Assembly: GCF_964204645.1 (NCBI RefSeq)
Contig: NC_134029.1
Location: 10,008,850-10,072,849, forward strand
Origin: Tubulanus polymorphus
Lineage: Eukaryota; Animalia; Nemertea
Length of the DNA stretch: 64,000 nt
Direction of reading: 5' to 3'
Of the stretch, positions 1 through 13,644 are shown piece after piece. The stretch's first letter is position 1. Each line of letters opens with the position of its first letter. Made by a program: the position numbers and the translations under genes. Below the pieces are notes generated by a model that made no database searches, was not told the DNA's origin, and saw only the letters and a list, made by a program, of their open reading frames with translations.

Positions 1-1193
1 GTGTATCAATCTAGAATTTTCGGCACAATTTCCGATGCTAAATACCTTACTTTAAAGGTTTATTTGGTGCAAATCGGATCACAAATATCTAATAATTGGT
101 TCTTAACTTTTGAAGTGGAAGCATCAACGTGTGTGCGGCTGGCTGTACGTACGGGTACTACTGGCGTTTTTTTTTCTTTGATCTTAAAATAGGGATTGTC
201 CCCATTATTTATTTATTTGGCTGGTAAATTTTGTTTGATTTTTCGATTGAGTGTCCCTTACATACCCACCACACCTGCCGGGAGCGAAACAGGGGGTTTG
301 ATTTTGAAATCGGAAATCGAAGTACAGATATAGATGTGTGATCGGCGGTGTTTTAACAGGCTCAGCAGTGATGGTGTATTTATGCGCGAGTAGATGTAAT
401 GATTTGTTTTAACCAACCGCTAAATCGGGGTTCATTACGCATGATTTTAGAAAATGATATTATTCAGAGTATTTAAATATATCTATCATGATGATTATAA
501 TATTCTTAAGACAAGCGAATTACATATGTGGACCTATTTCATTGAAGTGTATCACTCAATCTGAAAAAAAATCTTCCGATCCTGTCATGTGACTTCATGA
601 CTGCAACTTGACGATAGCTTAGGTTCTTATTCTTCGAACCAAAATGGTAGTTCCTTAAGCAATGATGTATAAATGAATAGCCGCAACATTGTTGATGGTA
701 CGTTTATTAAGCATTTTCCCCATTCTATCAATAAGAAGAATTCATCTGAATATAAAGTCACATAATATCTATTCAGTATATTCCACACAAAAAGGTTTGT
801 CTTATTTTCTGGGATTTGCAAATGTCTCCGAGAAGATCACGAGAGCAATAAATGGACACTTTCAGACAAAATTTGGTCTTATTTGGCACTTTCGCGACGC
901 AACTTAAATCTTAAAAGAAGCCACAGCTGAAATTGAAGTTAAAAGTAGCGACAGAGAGGGAGAAATTCTTTCTCAGATAATTGATTATCTCCTACACTAA
1001 TTGGCTTTTTGTGGGTAGTTTGAGTTTGACTCATAATGCGTCAGACTCTGTATATGAAACAGTTGAAATCTGCTCCAGTATTCAACAATGTGTTTCCTAA
1101 ACCTATAGCTCAAAAACACATACATGTATATTATTGCCCGCTCTGATTAACTATCGCGACAGTGTCTATCCTACCACAATCTCATTGTCTTAC

Positions 1194-1400
1194 CCGTTTG
1201 AATTCCTTAATCAGCATTGCGCCATGTTGCCACGGACTGACGGGACGTTCACCGCATGGTACCCCCTGGGTGTCGTTACTGTATACCTTCCCACGACGGA
1301 AAGTCTTATCAAAAGAGTTCCGGAGTGTGGGGCTGTTCTTGATCATCAATAAAGCTTTCTGGAAGACGCTTACTGAATCCAACAACAAGGCGATATCTGG
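1194..1400 (-). CDS. iGluR coding exon 7 (ATD C-terminal part); gene continues beyond the left edge
   Basis: ttcttatag| PDIALLLDSVSVF...FRRGKVYSNDTQGVPCGERPVSPWQHGAMLIKEFKR |gtaaga; 207 nt, phase 0-0; 'FRRG.VY....G..C....PW.HG' resembles invertebrate AMPA-class receptors. No ligand-binding or TM exons are in the window. Confidence 0.9.
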
Positions 1401-4400
1401 CTATAAGAAAGAAAACGAATCTGAACTATACATTAATGAGAATGAGAAAGCGTAGGCGCGTAAATATCGCTACCTTCGTTTAAATTATAGTTATTTAGTT
1501 CAAATATTTCTTGATTCAAGCAAATTAAACCACGTCTCATTGCAAAAGGTTCATAAATTCAATTTGATTCAATCTGCTAATAATAAGGCGATAAAGTATT
1601 AATTTGTCATTCTCATTCAAAAATCACTTTTTAGAGTCTATTTCAAGTTGAGAACTGTTCTATTCATCAGTGTTTATATAATGAACAGAAAGTCAGCTGT
1701 TTTCATCAAGGATAGAAGTACAATGTACTCCTGAATGTTGAACCCTTAGATGATGAATCTCGGGAGACTTAAAACCTCTGTGACAATACAGGTGACAAAT
1801 AGTGTCGGTTGTCTCTCTAGATATATATAGCTTTCTAGAAAATATTAAACGATTTATTAAAGAAAGGTTTTCCATTTTATACGTATAGTATGCTTTCTCG
1901 ACGTTTCAAGTTTCTTTCGTCCATCAAGCTACGTACATAATATAATTTGAAAATTGAAAGTAACCCCGTTTCTTTTCGCTACACCTCGGAATAGAATGAG
2001 CATATCTCATCTTCTCATCGCAATTAATGATTATGTTGATGTACACGGTAGCTTAATCTTTGAAGCATTCAGCTCTTTGTTATTGAAAATTTGCTCTGCA
2101 GAAATATGAAATTTCTACAAAACTCAACACTCCAAATCTTCGGTGCGATTTGACGGCGTCGATGGATGGGTCGATGGTAATTTTGCGAAGCCTCGGTGAC
2201 ATAAGTCTATCAGCGTGACATGTATAAATTCTGCGACGACGTTTATCTCTACAGGGATGCCGTTTTATCACGCGCTTATCACACTCGATAAACCAGCAGG
2301 GGATAAGCTAATGGCAAGCTTTATCACTTATGATTTGATACGTTTAGGCGGCGTGGGTTCTAGCGCACTAAACACGACAGTTAATACTCTTCATGTAGCG
2401 ATCCGGGCTATTTATACACTTTGCAAAAAGTCTGCGTCATCATCCCCAATAATATGATACAGGTTTTTGGAAGAAAAGATGAATTCGCTCATGACAAAAT
2501 TTAAAAAGGTTGTGCGCTATACAGGAAGCCACTAATGGCTTTTTTTACCGATCGGAACATTACAACTGAACAACAACTGCTTAAGCTAATATCATAACGA
2601 AATGCAAAAGGTGCAAGTATATGTGATCGATGTCATGAAATTTCTTTGTCAGTTCTCTGGGTAGAGCTGTTTACTCGTCAACATTGGTTCTTACAACGGC
2701 AGGATAGCAAAGTCTATTTTCTCTGAGTGGCCATGACATACCGAGTGGTAAGAAGCGCTTTAGTAGATATCTTACAGAATGAGCATGGGCACAGGAATGA
2801 GATTCTTCTGTCGGTTCAAAATCTTTTGAATAGAACTCGCCACGCACATTTTTACGCGTACGTAGCTACGAAGATACCGGAACATTTACTTCCTACCAAG
2901 CCGCATCGGATCTTCAGCAGCGCAACTTTCTCACTCGCTTTTGTGGTGACGAGTATTAAATCGGAGTGTGTTCTTGTTAGAGAAGTAGCGATGAAAGCGA
3001 ATATAACATAGAGCGCCGGGAAAAAGCGTGGACAGGCAGCCACGGAGGGATATGTAATATTGACACGTTATCGCGCTATGATTTCATGCTGGAGAATATA
3101 ATGCATCACGTAAACGCGCAAATAACTACCGGCCAAATATTTACCGCCATACTATTGCTGATTGGATAGCAGACGATGATCCCTTCTCACTCCGTGACTA
3201 GAATTACAATGCATGATCCGCCAGCCGAATATAGCAGACGTGGGTGAATGAATGATAAAGACACATTTCTTCAAAAACGTTTCGTTATGTTGGCTAATTC
3301 GTATATATAGCAATGCAATTCCAGAAAAACCTGAACAAGTGTTCCATGAACCTTGACGCGTACATTTCGTCGAAAAATTCGGAAGTTCCAGACGGCTTGG
3401 GAAAATGAACAAAATCTCCGCCGGCGCGAGGGGGCAGGTGTAGTAGCTATAAAGTTATCAAGTATAGTCATCTTTTTTGAACTCTAAATATGACAAATAT
3501 ACACGTCACATATTTCTGCTTAAATGTTAAGTTAGAACTGAAAATTATGCCCCGAGACTTAAAAAGTCCAAGACTTGTTGTTTTGTTCATCAAACACATC
3601 ATTGAAAATATTAATAATATTGTTTTGGACGGTCTAAACCGTGACAGAACCATATTCCCATATAATCATTAAAATGTTTTCTTTTTTTACACAGACAGTT
3701 GCCTGGTGCGAATACTTCAGATTTTTCCTTCAGTCACTACCGATCATTTTTGTAATTTCCGAATAAAGATTATTTGAAAAGAAAACGAATTTCATTTTCG
3801 TTAAACAAAATTGAATTAAATTGGAATTTGTAAAAAGTGCCAATAAAATTGATCGATTAACAGATATATTTTTTCAAATGTTGTGGCTTTATGAAGTTTA
3901 TGATATCGTGTACGATTAGAATAGACTCAAATCGTTAATCCACATTTTGTGTAACATCTACCCGGGGGATGTTATATTCTTGCGACATTCCAAACAATGG
4001 TTCACTAACACGGGATATCGCGCTCGATTACCACGCAAACTTAACACGTCATCACCAAAAGCCAATACAGGTGATCAAAAATCTGCTTAGTTTTTGATGG
4101 ACTCTTTATTTCGCTAGGAACCACTTATCGGGTGATTTTGTCAGTACGATCGTTTGTTTTTGTTTTACTTCGTCCGTATCTTGGTTCATCAACACCAATT
4201 ATTGACTAAATGAATAACATCATCACGATCACTTACTCAGTCCACTCGAATCAGATAGAAATATGGGGGGGGGCACATTGATAACGGGGGGGGGGGGGGG
4301 CATATTTGCAATCTAAAACTATTGTTGGCGCATCAAAATCGTTGTGCGCAAATACAGAACTTTTCAAGTTCGCGGATCACGTTTCATCTTTGGTTGGTAG

Positions 4401-5152
4401 TGTTCTAAATGGTACAAATTGCACAGCAAAAGTCTACGACAGAGACGGGTATCGTAACACACCATTTTGTGACAAAGTTGTTCTCGTACACGTACAGGTC
4501 GTCTGAAGCACAGGGAAGACTAGGACAGATTTGTGGTTTTTCGGCCAAGTCTCTCGCCAAGATAACGTTATTGCATGGTTATTTCTGTTTTAGATGCTCA
4601 GAAAATGATCCATAACTGCAGATTTTCATAGGCGAGGGCCTACGGCGCTCGTCCTTCGTGCAGCTTAATGTGCATACAACGTAATTCCCCTTAATCTAAA
4701 TTCTTGGATCCGTTTCAGTGTCAAAAACCTGTTCTAACACATGAGAAAAGTCGTTCTAACGCGCTTTGAGTTAAAATGTTCGTTTTGAAGTGTGCGTCAA
4801 ATCGACCGAAAAAATGTTTAGAAAGAATTGTTGCATGTGTGTCGTTTATACGGGTATTTGGCAGATAATGATTTTACGCTTATGTCCCTACATAACTCAT
4901 TTTGTAACCGGAATCTAAATTTGATTTACGTTTGAATATAGAATTTAGATTTAGATGTCAACGTTTTAATCCATCCACACACGCACGAGTTAACTGCATT
5001 ATTCAAATTATACGTACGCATGATTTGATTTTGGTTTATTACTGTTTATTTCATACGTGAACCTGGTTATTTTCATATTTCTTTCGTGCACCAAACATAT
5101 ATTTCGATAACGCGTAAAAATTGAGATATATTATGCGAGTATGCATACTTAC

Positions 5153-5302
5153 GTCAAGTTTTCGCGTTCCAGCTCCCCAAGATGTGCGAGACCAATCTTT
5201 CAAAAATTCGACAACTTCGAAACTTTCTGGATTTACGAGACGAAAGCCTGTGACGTTCACGCCGCTGTATCTCAAACCATCTATATCCACGCTGTCGATA
5301 TC
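5153..5302 (-). CDS. iGluR coding exon 6 (ATD)
   Basis: tatatcag| DIDSVDIDGLRYSGVNVTGFRLVNPES...KDWSRTSWGAGTRKLD |gtaagt; 150 nt, phase 0-0; 'G.NVTGF.LV' motif. Confidence 0.92.
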
Positions 5303-6098
5303 CTGATATAAGAAAAACGAAAATTCCAATAACACAGCTAGACGTTGATGTAGATTTCATTTTATTCGAAACCGAAAAGTGCTTAAATGAAATTTTCATA
5401 GATTTTTCCATATTGATTACATTCCTTTTGGTCACGTTATTACGAAATGCTGTTAAAAATCACGATCGTGCTATCGTGATTTTTAACAGCTTAGCTTAGC
5501 ATTTTGATGTGTAAATCAAAATGATTTCTTTCTCTTCGTCAGTAAAGGAATGATGAAACAACAAAATGCAAACATTTTTTATTGAATTGCATAGCAACGA
5601 CTAGGTATTTGATTAGAAACTACCAGTACCATCATTAGATTTCTCAAAACGGTTACAACATCCTTACCATAAACCGTGTATTTATTTATGGATTTTAATA
5701 ATTTCATCTTTAATTATAAAAACTATTTACTTATCCAATAACATGTGAAACATACGGATACTTTAATCTAATCATTCAACCAGTTATATCTATTTGGTTT
5801 ATTTTTGCTTTTCCTTCCATTTTATTCTGTTTCTAATTCACAGAATCACACGATGATAATTTATTATGACAATTCTGTGGCGTGAAATTATTTTCATCAT
5901 CAAATCAGGGACTTCGATTGATTTGTATGATACAAACAATAGTAGATAAATCATTATGGATTTACGTCCGTCAGGAATCGCAGAATAGAATTTCAATCAA
6001 ATTAATCAAATGTCATCTGCCAAATTCAAAATCAGAAAATTGTGATTCATTCTGCTGTGACTGTTTTATATAGAACTCAGATACCGATAGCTACTCAC

Positions 6099-6152
6099 CA
6101 ATCCAGCGATTATATAGTGATACTGTACGCGGTTCATGCCTACTTGTTGAAT
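6099..6152 (-). CDS. iGluR coding exon 5 (54 nt, ATD)
   Basis: ttttttcag| IQQVGMNRVQYHYIIAGL |gtgagt; phase 0-0; matches the AMPA 'G....GYHYI.A.L' motif. Not in the ORF track. Confidence 0.9.
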
Positions 6153-7744
6153 CTGAAAAAAAGAATATACGCATTTCAATCAACAATAATGAATTGGTTA
6201 ATGCTGAGGATGATCGAACGCGGGGCCATTTTTCGATTTCAACAATCATTCGACAGTTACATTCGACCCGTTAAGCTTTCAAACAGAGGTTTTATTCAAG
6301 AATATAAATATTCGTCAACATGCCACGGCTTAAGGTAAAACGAATTCGAATCCAACCCCGAATTACATATCTATCAGTATCAGCCTGTAAAGATAAAGGG
6401 AATCTGGGCCCAGTTTCAAAACCTTGACAAGGCTTTAGATGTGGTAGCGAGTCAAATGTAAATAATGTTATTCTATGCGACCGAGGATACAGCGTCTTAG
6501 TATGAAACTAGTGGACGCTACACACATCTTTCACAAAAATACAATAGAACATACGGGAATGTATCGAGAATATAGAACGAAAGAAATGATTAGAAATAAG
6601 TTCAGCTTATAGTTAATAATTTCAGTCTCATTAGTAAAAAATACACTAGTCAACAAAGATCTACGAAGCAAAATGATGATAGACGTGTCAGCAGCGACGT
6701 CAGCAGATCCTTCAAAATGAGCAATAATTTTGACCGAACGCACTTCAAACGTCACAGAATGGATATATTCGCTACCAATGCAAAAATTGATAGATGCGCA
6801 TGAAAGGCGTTTATATGTGTCCGAGTCAACATATTATCTTATTGTTTACATGTGTCTGTATCTCTCGCTGGGGAAAGAAGTGATCGAACGATGCAAGTCG
6901 ACTGAGCTATCTCCGGCAAACAAGTCGGGAGCCGTTTTATAGAAAACGGCCTAATGACTCCACATTTTCACTTAAATGTCGTCGATGACAAATGGGATGT
7001 TCGTAGCTACCGTAAAATGAGTCTGTTTCCGGCTGTAATGTTTAGTGTTTTATACAAGTTAATCACGTTTCGCTGTCCTTTTATAGATAGTATCAGCGAT
7101 GATCGTCGTCTGCTCGCAGTAACGCTGATGGAGCGCATTTTGACGTATGCGGCAAAATGAACCGTTATCTCAGTTTCCCATTAACGAAAAGCCCTCTTAT
7201 GAGGGCTTTTTGTGGTGCAATTAAATAGGCCGGTAGCCACCTGTGCCAATTGGTACCCACGCGGTTCCATTCAAAATATGCCTCCTGTAAATGACGTGAA
7301 AGTTGAGGCAATCTCGGTAAAATTGCAATAAGAATGTTAGCCTAGGCCAAATGAAAATATTTTGTTTTAGTAAGATTAGACTTTTCCATAGAACCGATTC
7401 GTCCAAAATACATTAAAGAAGCAAGGCATCATGCTGTTGTGGCAACTGCAAATTTGCCTGGACATATTGCTACTTAAGCAGTGTAACACTCATTCACAAA
7501 TAAATCAATAAATGATCACGTCTCTAAAAATTCATTTAGTAACTTTTCCACATTTGGAATCGTAATCGTGTGATTTATTGCTACTGCGTAAGTTCGTGAT
7601 TTACACACGGAAAACAATTTTTTTCTTGGAACTCTCTCGGAGTAGTATAGTGGCTGATTCTGAAGATTTCGAGTTTAAAAACGGTTAAAACAAATTTTAT
7701 ATGCCTTTTGCATAACCTTAATTTGCCGCGATTGGTATACCAAC

Positions 7745-7992
7745 CTGTTTAAGAAGGACATGTATCGAGTCGTAGCTTTCTACATCAATGATTATCGCCT
7801 TTTCCCCGCTGATCCTAGCCGTATTAACCCTGGCGAGTTGAACACGTTCATCCTCCGAGAATAACGAGTGCTCGTCGACCCGCCTCAGGTGGCTATAGGC
7901 ATTGTGTACATCGTGGACGTATAGTGCATCAATCTCAGCATCTTTATCGCGCTCGTGCAACGATTTGAGGATTTTTTCTAAACGCACTAAAG
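7745..7992 (-). CDS. iGluR coding exon 4 (ATD)
   Basis: tttgtag| ... CAG|gttggt; 248 nt, phase 1-0; (A)LVRLEKIL...EKAIIIDVESYDSIHVLLKQ; preceded by a 104-nt intron. Confidence 0.88.
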
Positions 7993-8096
7993 CTACAAAG
8001 AATGAATAAAGGAAAATCGTCACTTTCTCGGTTTAGCGAGATCAACGAAAGGATTGCAAATTCTGCAAATCGGAGCGAGTGCGGCGGCTAGATTAC

Positions 8097-8345
8097 CTTC
8101 TGTATTTTCGTATAAATAATACGCCCGTTTCCATCGGTACCCGGCGATGAGATCGGCGATAGCTGTGGCATATGGAGGAAACATATGAATAATGAAGTCG
8201 TTGTTATAAGGCACTTTCTCAGTAATTGGGCCCGGTGATATGAACGGCATTTGATACGTGCGACTAAACGTTTGAACGATATTTTGTGTTGAGACGGAAT
8301 GATAGCCAATAAACGAGAAAACTCCTTTCTCCGTGCTGTTGCACC
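8097..8345 (-). CDS. iGluR coding exon 3 (ATD)
   Basis: ttttacag| ... G|gtaatc; 249 nt, phase 1-1; (W)CNSTEKGVFSFIG...QMPFISP...AIADLIAGYRWKRAYYLYENTE, typical AMPA/kainate ATD motifs. Confidence 0.92.
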
Positions 8346-9149
8346 CTGTAAAAAAAAGAATCGAAAATTTCAAAACGTTTAGTTCCCAGGTACTCTTTTT
8401 TATAACTGCAAATACGATTTGAGTATGAAAATTTGTCAGCGAATGAACTGGCAGCTAATGGTTTGTAGTTACGCATTTCTAAGAAAATAACTGCTCTTCT
8501 ATATAAAAACGCCTAATTGTTGCAAATGCACTCTTTACACTGGGAATGCGATTATTGTTATTATTCGACACGTGACATTATTTTCAGCTTTCAGTAATGA
8601 GAAAATAAGATCGTCACGTTTTTAGCACATGGGTAGAGCAAAAACGGTGGCACCATTCATATCTGAGACCTATAGTTAAGAAGTGCTTCTAAGAAAATTT
8701 GATATTGATAAGTAGATTTCGTTCTGGCGTGTTAATTTGTGCTTGACAGTAAATAAAAAATCAAATTATTTCGAAAAGCTTAGGAATCTTTTCGAAACAT
8801 TTCAAGACCTGGTTCGTATGTGTTTGTTTCTTCTCATGCCGTTGATAACTGAACTTTATAAAGAAAATAATCACAAAATAGAGCGATAACGGGTTTTCTG
8901 CCCAGCAGCATCATTAATATGCAAACCATTTGGAAATCATAAATATATAGAAATGAAAAGAACTGTTTATTGTCGGGATTTGAACGTGATATGACTGGTA
9001 CGGTACAACTACGTCAATAAAATATATCACAGTTAGGCCTTAAAAATCACTTTCGGTACGATAATGTTTTATAGAAATTCGCTTTATAGATAAAAGAATT
9101 ATCATTATTATTATAATTATAATTATTATACGACAGAGTTCGAACAAGC

Positions 9150-10155
9150 ACTATGAGACTATTCAATAAAAACCAAGTTGACGTATATCGGGTTCAAAAC
9201 GAAAGCGGCGATTTCGAATTTGTTGAAGTGGAAACTAGTACTCTTTTAACGGAATTCGAACCCAATAATGACATGCACTGGCGGAAATATTTAAAACATT
9301 TTCATATTCGAAATAAAATATATGTAGTAGTTGTAAATCTTTTACTTAAACTCACAGAGATAATCCAAGTTCCTAGTTCTCCAGGGCTCCCTTTGGCGAT
9401 ACAGTAGATCACACTTAAGAGGGGTAATAACTGCTATTCCTATCCGTATGCAATCAAATAGCCCGCAATATAGTATTGAGTAACATTTAACTGGCTTAAA
9501 GTAATACGAAGAAAATAAATAACTATTTAATCCTTTATTTGATTTTAGAAACAAATAGATACGTTAACTACTTTGTTGCTCTAGACATTGATAACAAAGT
9601 TGCCGTACAGTACGTCGTGGAATGGCTAATACGAAGAAAAATATTTCGAACACACCGGTATCGTCTATGATCCGTCGATCCAAAATCTGACATTCGGAGA
9701 CCTTCCCACGAAGCCATGTTACGGTGAAACCATCATTGCTTTATAATTGGATAAGAACAATCTGACGAACAATCGACTAGTGGTCGGAACTAATAACCGA
9801 AAGTAACGTAACGTGTAACCGGTCGTAACGTATTTCAAAGTGCCGTCCATCTTGGAATTAGGTCCGAACTAGGTCGCGTGGTCGACCATTTCCCGACTAT
9901 AGTACCGACTAACTGACATTTGGTTTCACTAAGTTCGACTATAGTCGACTAACTCCGATAACCGAAGTTCATCCAGGCTATAATCCCTATTCAAGCTCCA
10001 ATATGTATAATCCATAGCCTTAAACAAACTTATACAAATTATATCAGAACCTCGGGGGACGAACCGAGTGCTCAATCAAAATCTGGACACTTGAAATCTG
10101 TTGGTATTGGGGTTTAAGTAAAACCCTAGAAAATTGGGTAGGAATCCGTTAAGTT
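9150..10155 (+). repeat. Old dispersed repeat, copy 1
   Basis: Colinear similarity to 37225-37905, with shared blocks GGAATTCGAACCCAAT, TATTTGATTTTAGAAA, GGGGGACGAAC and ACTTGAAATCTG.TGGTATTG. Confidence 0.65.
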
Positions 10156-10664
10156 GTTTAGGAGCCTTAGGCTTTTACCGACTTTTAGGGATAATCTGCT
10201 TGGAACGGGGAAATGAAAAAAATAACCTGTCAATTTTTCAGCTCTATTAGGGATACTTAGAAAAAAAGGATTTCTAAAAGGCTATGCAGACACTTCTATA
10301 GTAGGTATTGATCCTTTATACATGGTTCAAATAGAACAGTGCGCATAAAATGGACACATTTTTTGTTAATTTTTGTTATAGCCCAGTTTCGCCTCTGATC
10401 TGAATTGATGAATGAAATATCAAATCGCATGGAAACGTCATGTTTTTGTAAACAAAAGCTCGGTGTGAACTGATTTTCGAAGTTGATAGTGGTTTACACG
10501 GTGTATTCCGAGTTAGCTGACAAGGAATAACCTCGAAATTGTTTTTCCTACAAACATCTTCCCACGAGACGTCTCTGATTAGGGAGATAGAAATATGTTT
10601 TTTTTTCTATTCAGTACCCTGAATAGCCGGTTCCAGCGTTGGATTTACTGAATCGGTGACTTAC

Positions 10665-10820
10665 ATGCTGTACTGATCTCATAGCTGTTTTCGATGTCGA
10701 TATCCGAGCGTGAGACATCCAGGTAAAACTGACCGCCACTGACATTTGCGTTGATGATTTCGCGGATATTGTGTATAAATGCGAGTCGCAACTTATTGTA
10801 GCTTTTGTCAAATATTGCAC
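10665..10820 (-). CDS. iGluR coding exon 2 (ATD)
   Basis: ttttcag| acceptor and |gtaagt donor; 156 nt, phase 1-1; (G)AIFDKSYNKLRLAF...DIENSYEISTA, matching the ATD 'NSF.VT.AFC' region. Confidence 0.9.
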
Positions 10821-13644
10821 CTGAAAACGAAGAAAGGAGAATTATAATAGTCATAGAGAATTATAGTCAGAATCTGTCCTGTTTTTTCTAATTGTTTTGA
10901 AAATCCTAAATTAAGCCTTTTCCACGTATATCTTTACAAGGTGTAATTAATAGTCTATGTATTGGCAGAATAAAGTTTTGAAAAATTCCATGATGTACCA
11001 ACCCGATTGCAACCCGATAGGAAACATGATGTAAGTCGAAAATGCAGAGAAACAATCTTGACGCCGTCATCGCCAGAGTTTTAATCAGTCACAGTTAACG
11101 GGGATGAAGATGCCTTTGGCGAGAGATTGAAGAAACAGCAACACGCCAACAAGGCGGCGAACGCAGGCAGTTAAGATCCTATCAGCCATTTTACTGACGG
11201 GTTTTTGTAAGTGATCCAAACGTGCATCGACTCGCAAAATAGCATTTCATAGTTTGATAGTAAAACGGCATTGTTCTCGCCATTGATTTATTACGCTGAG
11301 GAAAAAACGTGGTTTCGCCGAATGATTTCCATTTAGCTTCTCCGCAGTCTAAATGAAAATTCATTTTTTCTAAATTCCTCGTCTTGATTCGTCTCACATC
11401 CCATAACTCTCATGTCTTTCTCCTCCGTATCTCGCTCCCCCTCATTCCAATCGCTACCGGCTGTCTAAATCTCAATCTTAATAGTTATCTCCTATGCTTG
11501 GTTCCATTTCCCCTGGACACCTTGGACATAACCAAGATTTACTTGAGCGTCTTTAGAATATCATTCATTCGTATAGAGTAAACAAAATATTTACTCCTTT
11601 GTTACTACCTTGATGTTATCTATCATAGAGATCTCCGAAACTTGGGCTATTGAGAATTACAATCATGCTATCCCTTATATTCTAATTGGTCATATTTCCT
11701 TATTCAACATTAGGACAAATTTTATTGATGGTGGTGTTGGTTTGAATGTCAAAAGTAGTTTGAACTGAATCTGCCATTGATCAATGTGGTGATTTGATAT
11801 TTACGAATGTATATTTGTTGGGATATGGCAAACAAAAATAATACCTTGTTTCTAATTCATGAAGGAAAACTTTATGCCCAAAAGTGACCCTGCAGGCAGC
11901 ATTTTATTTTTATTTTTTCCATAAAAATGTATGAAATTTGACATAATTCCATCAGGGCGGCCTTTTTTATTCATATTTAAAAAAAGTTTCAACTGAAATG
12001 TTTTAAAATGAAAAAAATAAAAAAAGTGCAGGATATGGTTTTCAGAAGTTCTTACTATTTGTCAAATACCATTCTAGTAGGTTTGTAGGTCTAGTTTGAT
12101 TGCCAGATGTCAGATCAGTACCTTCCTATTTTTCCCAATTTTCGAGGGTACGTCAACTATTCAACTATTTTTCTAATTAGCCAGAATGGAAACAATAAGT
12201 TAGAGACTCAGCCTAGTTAAGCTGCCAGACCATGGATCATTCCTAACGACCGTGGCTTTTTCTTCCGTGGCTACAAAGCGCTCTATAGAATACGCTTTAG
12301 TAAATAGCAAAGAAACGCCATTAAATTGGGAAGTTATGGTTCAGTTACGTGAAAATACTAATTAAGTGCTATGAATTAAGAATCTAAAAGTAAATGAAAA
12401 TATAATTCTCGAAATCCATGACAAGAATCATTATCATCAACATAAACAAAATACAAATTACAAGAGTTCAAGTTATATTTGTTCGTTTGGGCCCCTTTGC
12501 TAACAGAAATAATTCCGCCTCAGTCGAATTGATGTGTATGGAGTCGTTGCGGAACAATGGCTAGATACTAGACAAGGAGTGTTGTAGTAGGTTCGGGTCC
12601 CGGCCTCACGCTATCCGGCATCTGATTTTAAACAAGAAAATCGTTGCCATATACGACTTATATTGACCCCATATTTATTTGTACTATTTCTACTGACCCG
12701 GCCTGGGAATGAGAAACAAGGTATCATTTTTTTGGCCTAACCAAAATTGTGGGCGTCATTTGTCACACTCCTGGTCTTAGTATGAAAATATTTCAAAGTG
12801 AATTTGATCAGGTGTTTGCGCAGTGTAACTCGACACATGCACTATAATGTCGTATACTGGATTAGCGCCACAAATTCTAACTACATGTACCCTCTTACTG
12901 ACAAGCCGACAAAGGTATTTTAGTAACCGATATTACATACTACTTCACGATTTTTGCTTTTAACTCGCGCAAATCCAGGAAGAAAGACACTCTAAATATT
13001 TGGATGGGTATATGAAAGCTGTGGGTACTGGAGTGTGTAATGGGTAGTGTAGTGTGATCTGTGTGCATTTGTGGCCAGCACACAGATCATATTGTTCAAT
13101 GGGGGTTTGGTCCAGGACTCGCCAGATTTTCAACAACAAGTAACGTGTGGAAGTAACGTGTAATAAACAATGACTTGAATTGCATGACTACCTACCACCC
13201 CTCATTATTATTGTTGGAAAACTAAACGTTCGGCACTGACTAAAAATTAGTAATAACATTTTAGAAATGGCCAGAATTTTAACTTAGGTTCTATCTCATT
13301 TTTATTTTACAATTGCGATTGGTATGATTTTTTTTAAACGGCCGTTAAGGCTTCATGTTTCGTCTGCAATTCACTGCAAATAGTTACGCAACTACGCACA
13401 TTTCAATGTTTTTGGCAGCTGTACACTCAATCGGCATCGTTTGTGACTAGCTTCACTGCGGAATTATCATTAATTAACATCGCCATATCACATCATCAAC
13501 TTATATTGTGCCTTAGAACCCTAACAGCCGAAATAATTGAAATGCACACACGATTTCTATCATTGAAAATTGAGAGAGTGGCCATGTTTGTGTTTGCTGC
13601 TTCGCGTAAATCCCGCGCAGTGGCGCAACCGCGCGGAGTGGGGC

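Noticed and set aside
7187-7212. AAAAGCCCTC-TTAT-GAGGGCTTTT hairpin resembling a rho-independent terminator
   Set aside because: Lies in a eukaryotic intron; more likely a TE-derived hairpin.
12540-12610. tRNA-like sequence with a B-box-like GGTTCGGGTCC
   Set aside because: No convincing cloverleaf; at most a decayed SINE head.
13443-13644. N-terminal part of the 242-aa ORF as a host gene
   Set aside because: Fortuitous upstream extension; only the part from about 13645 resembles a LINE ORF2 C-terminus.
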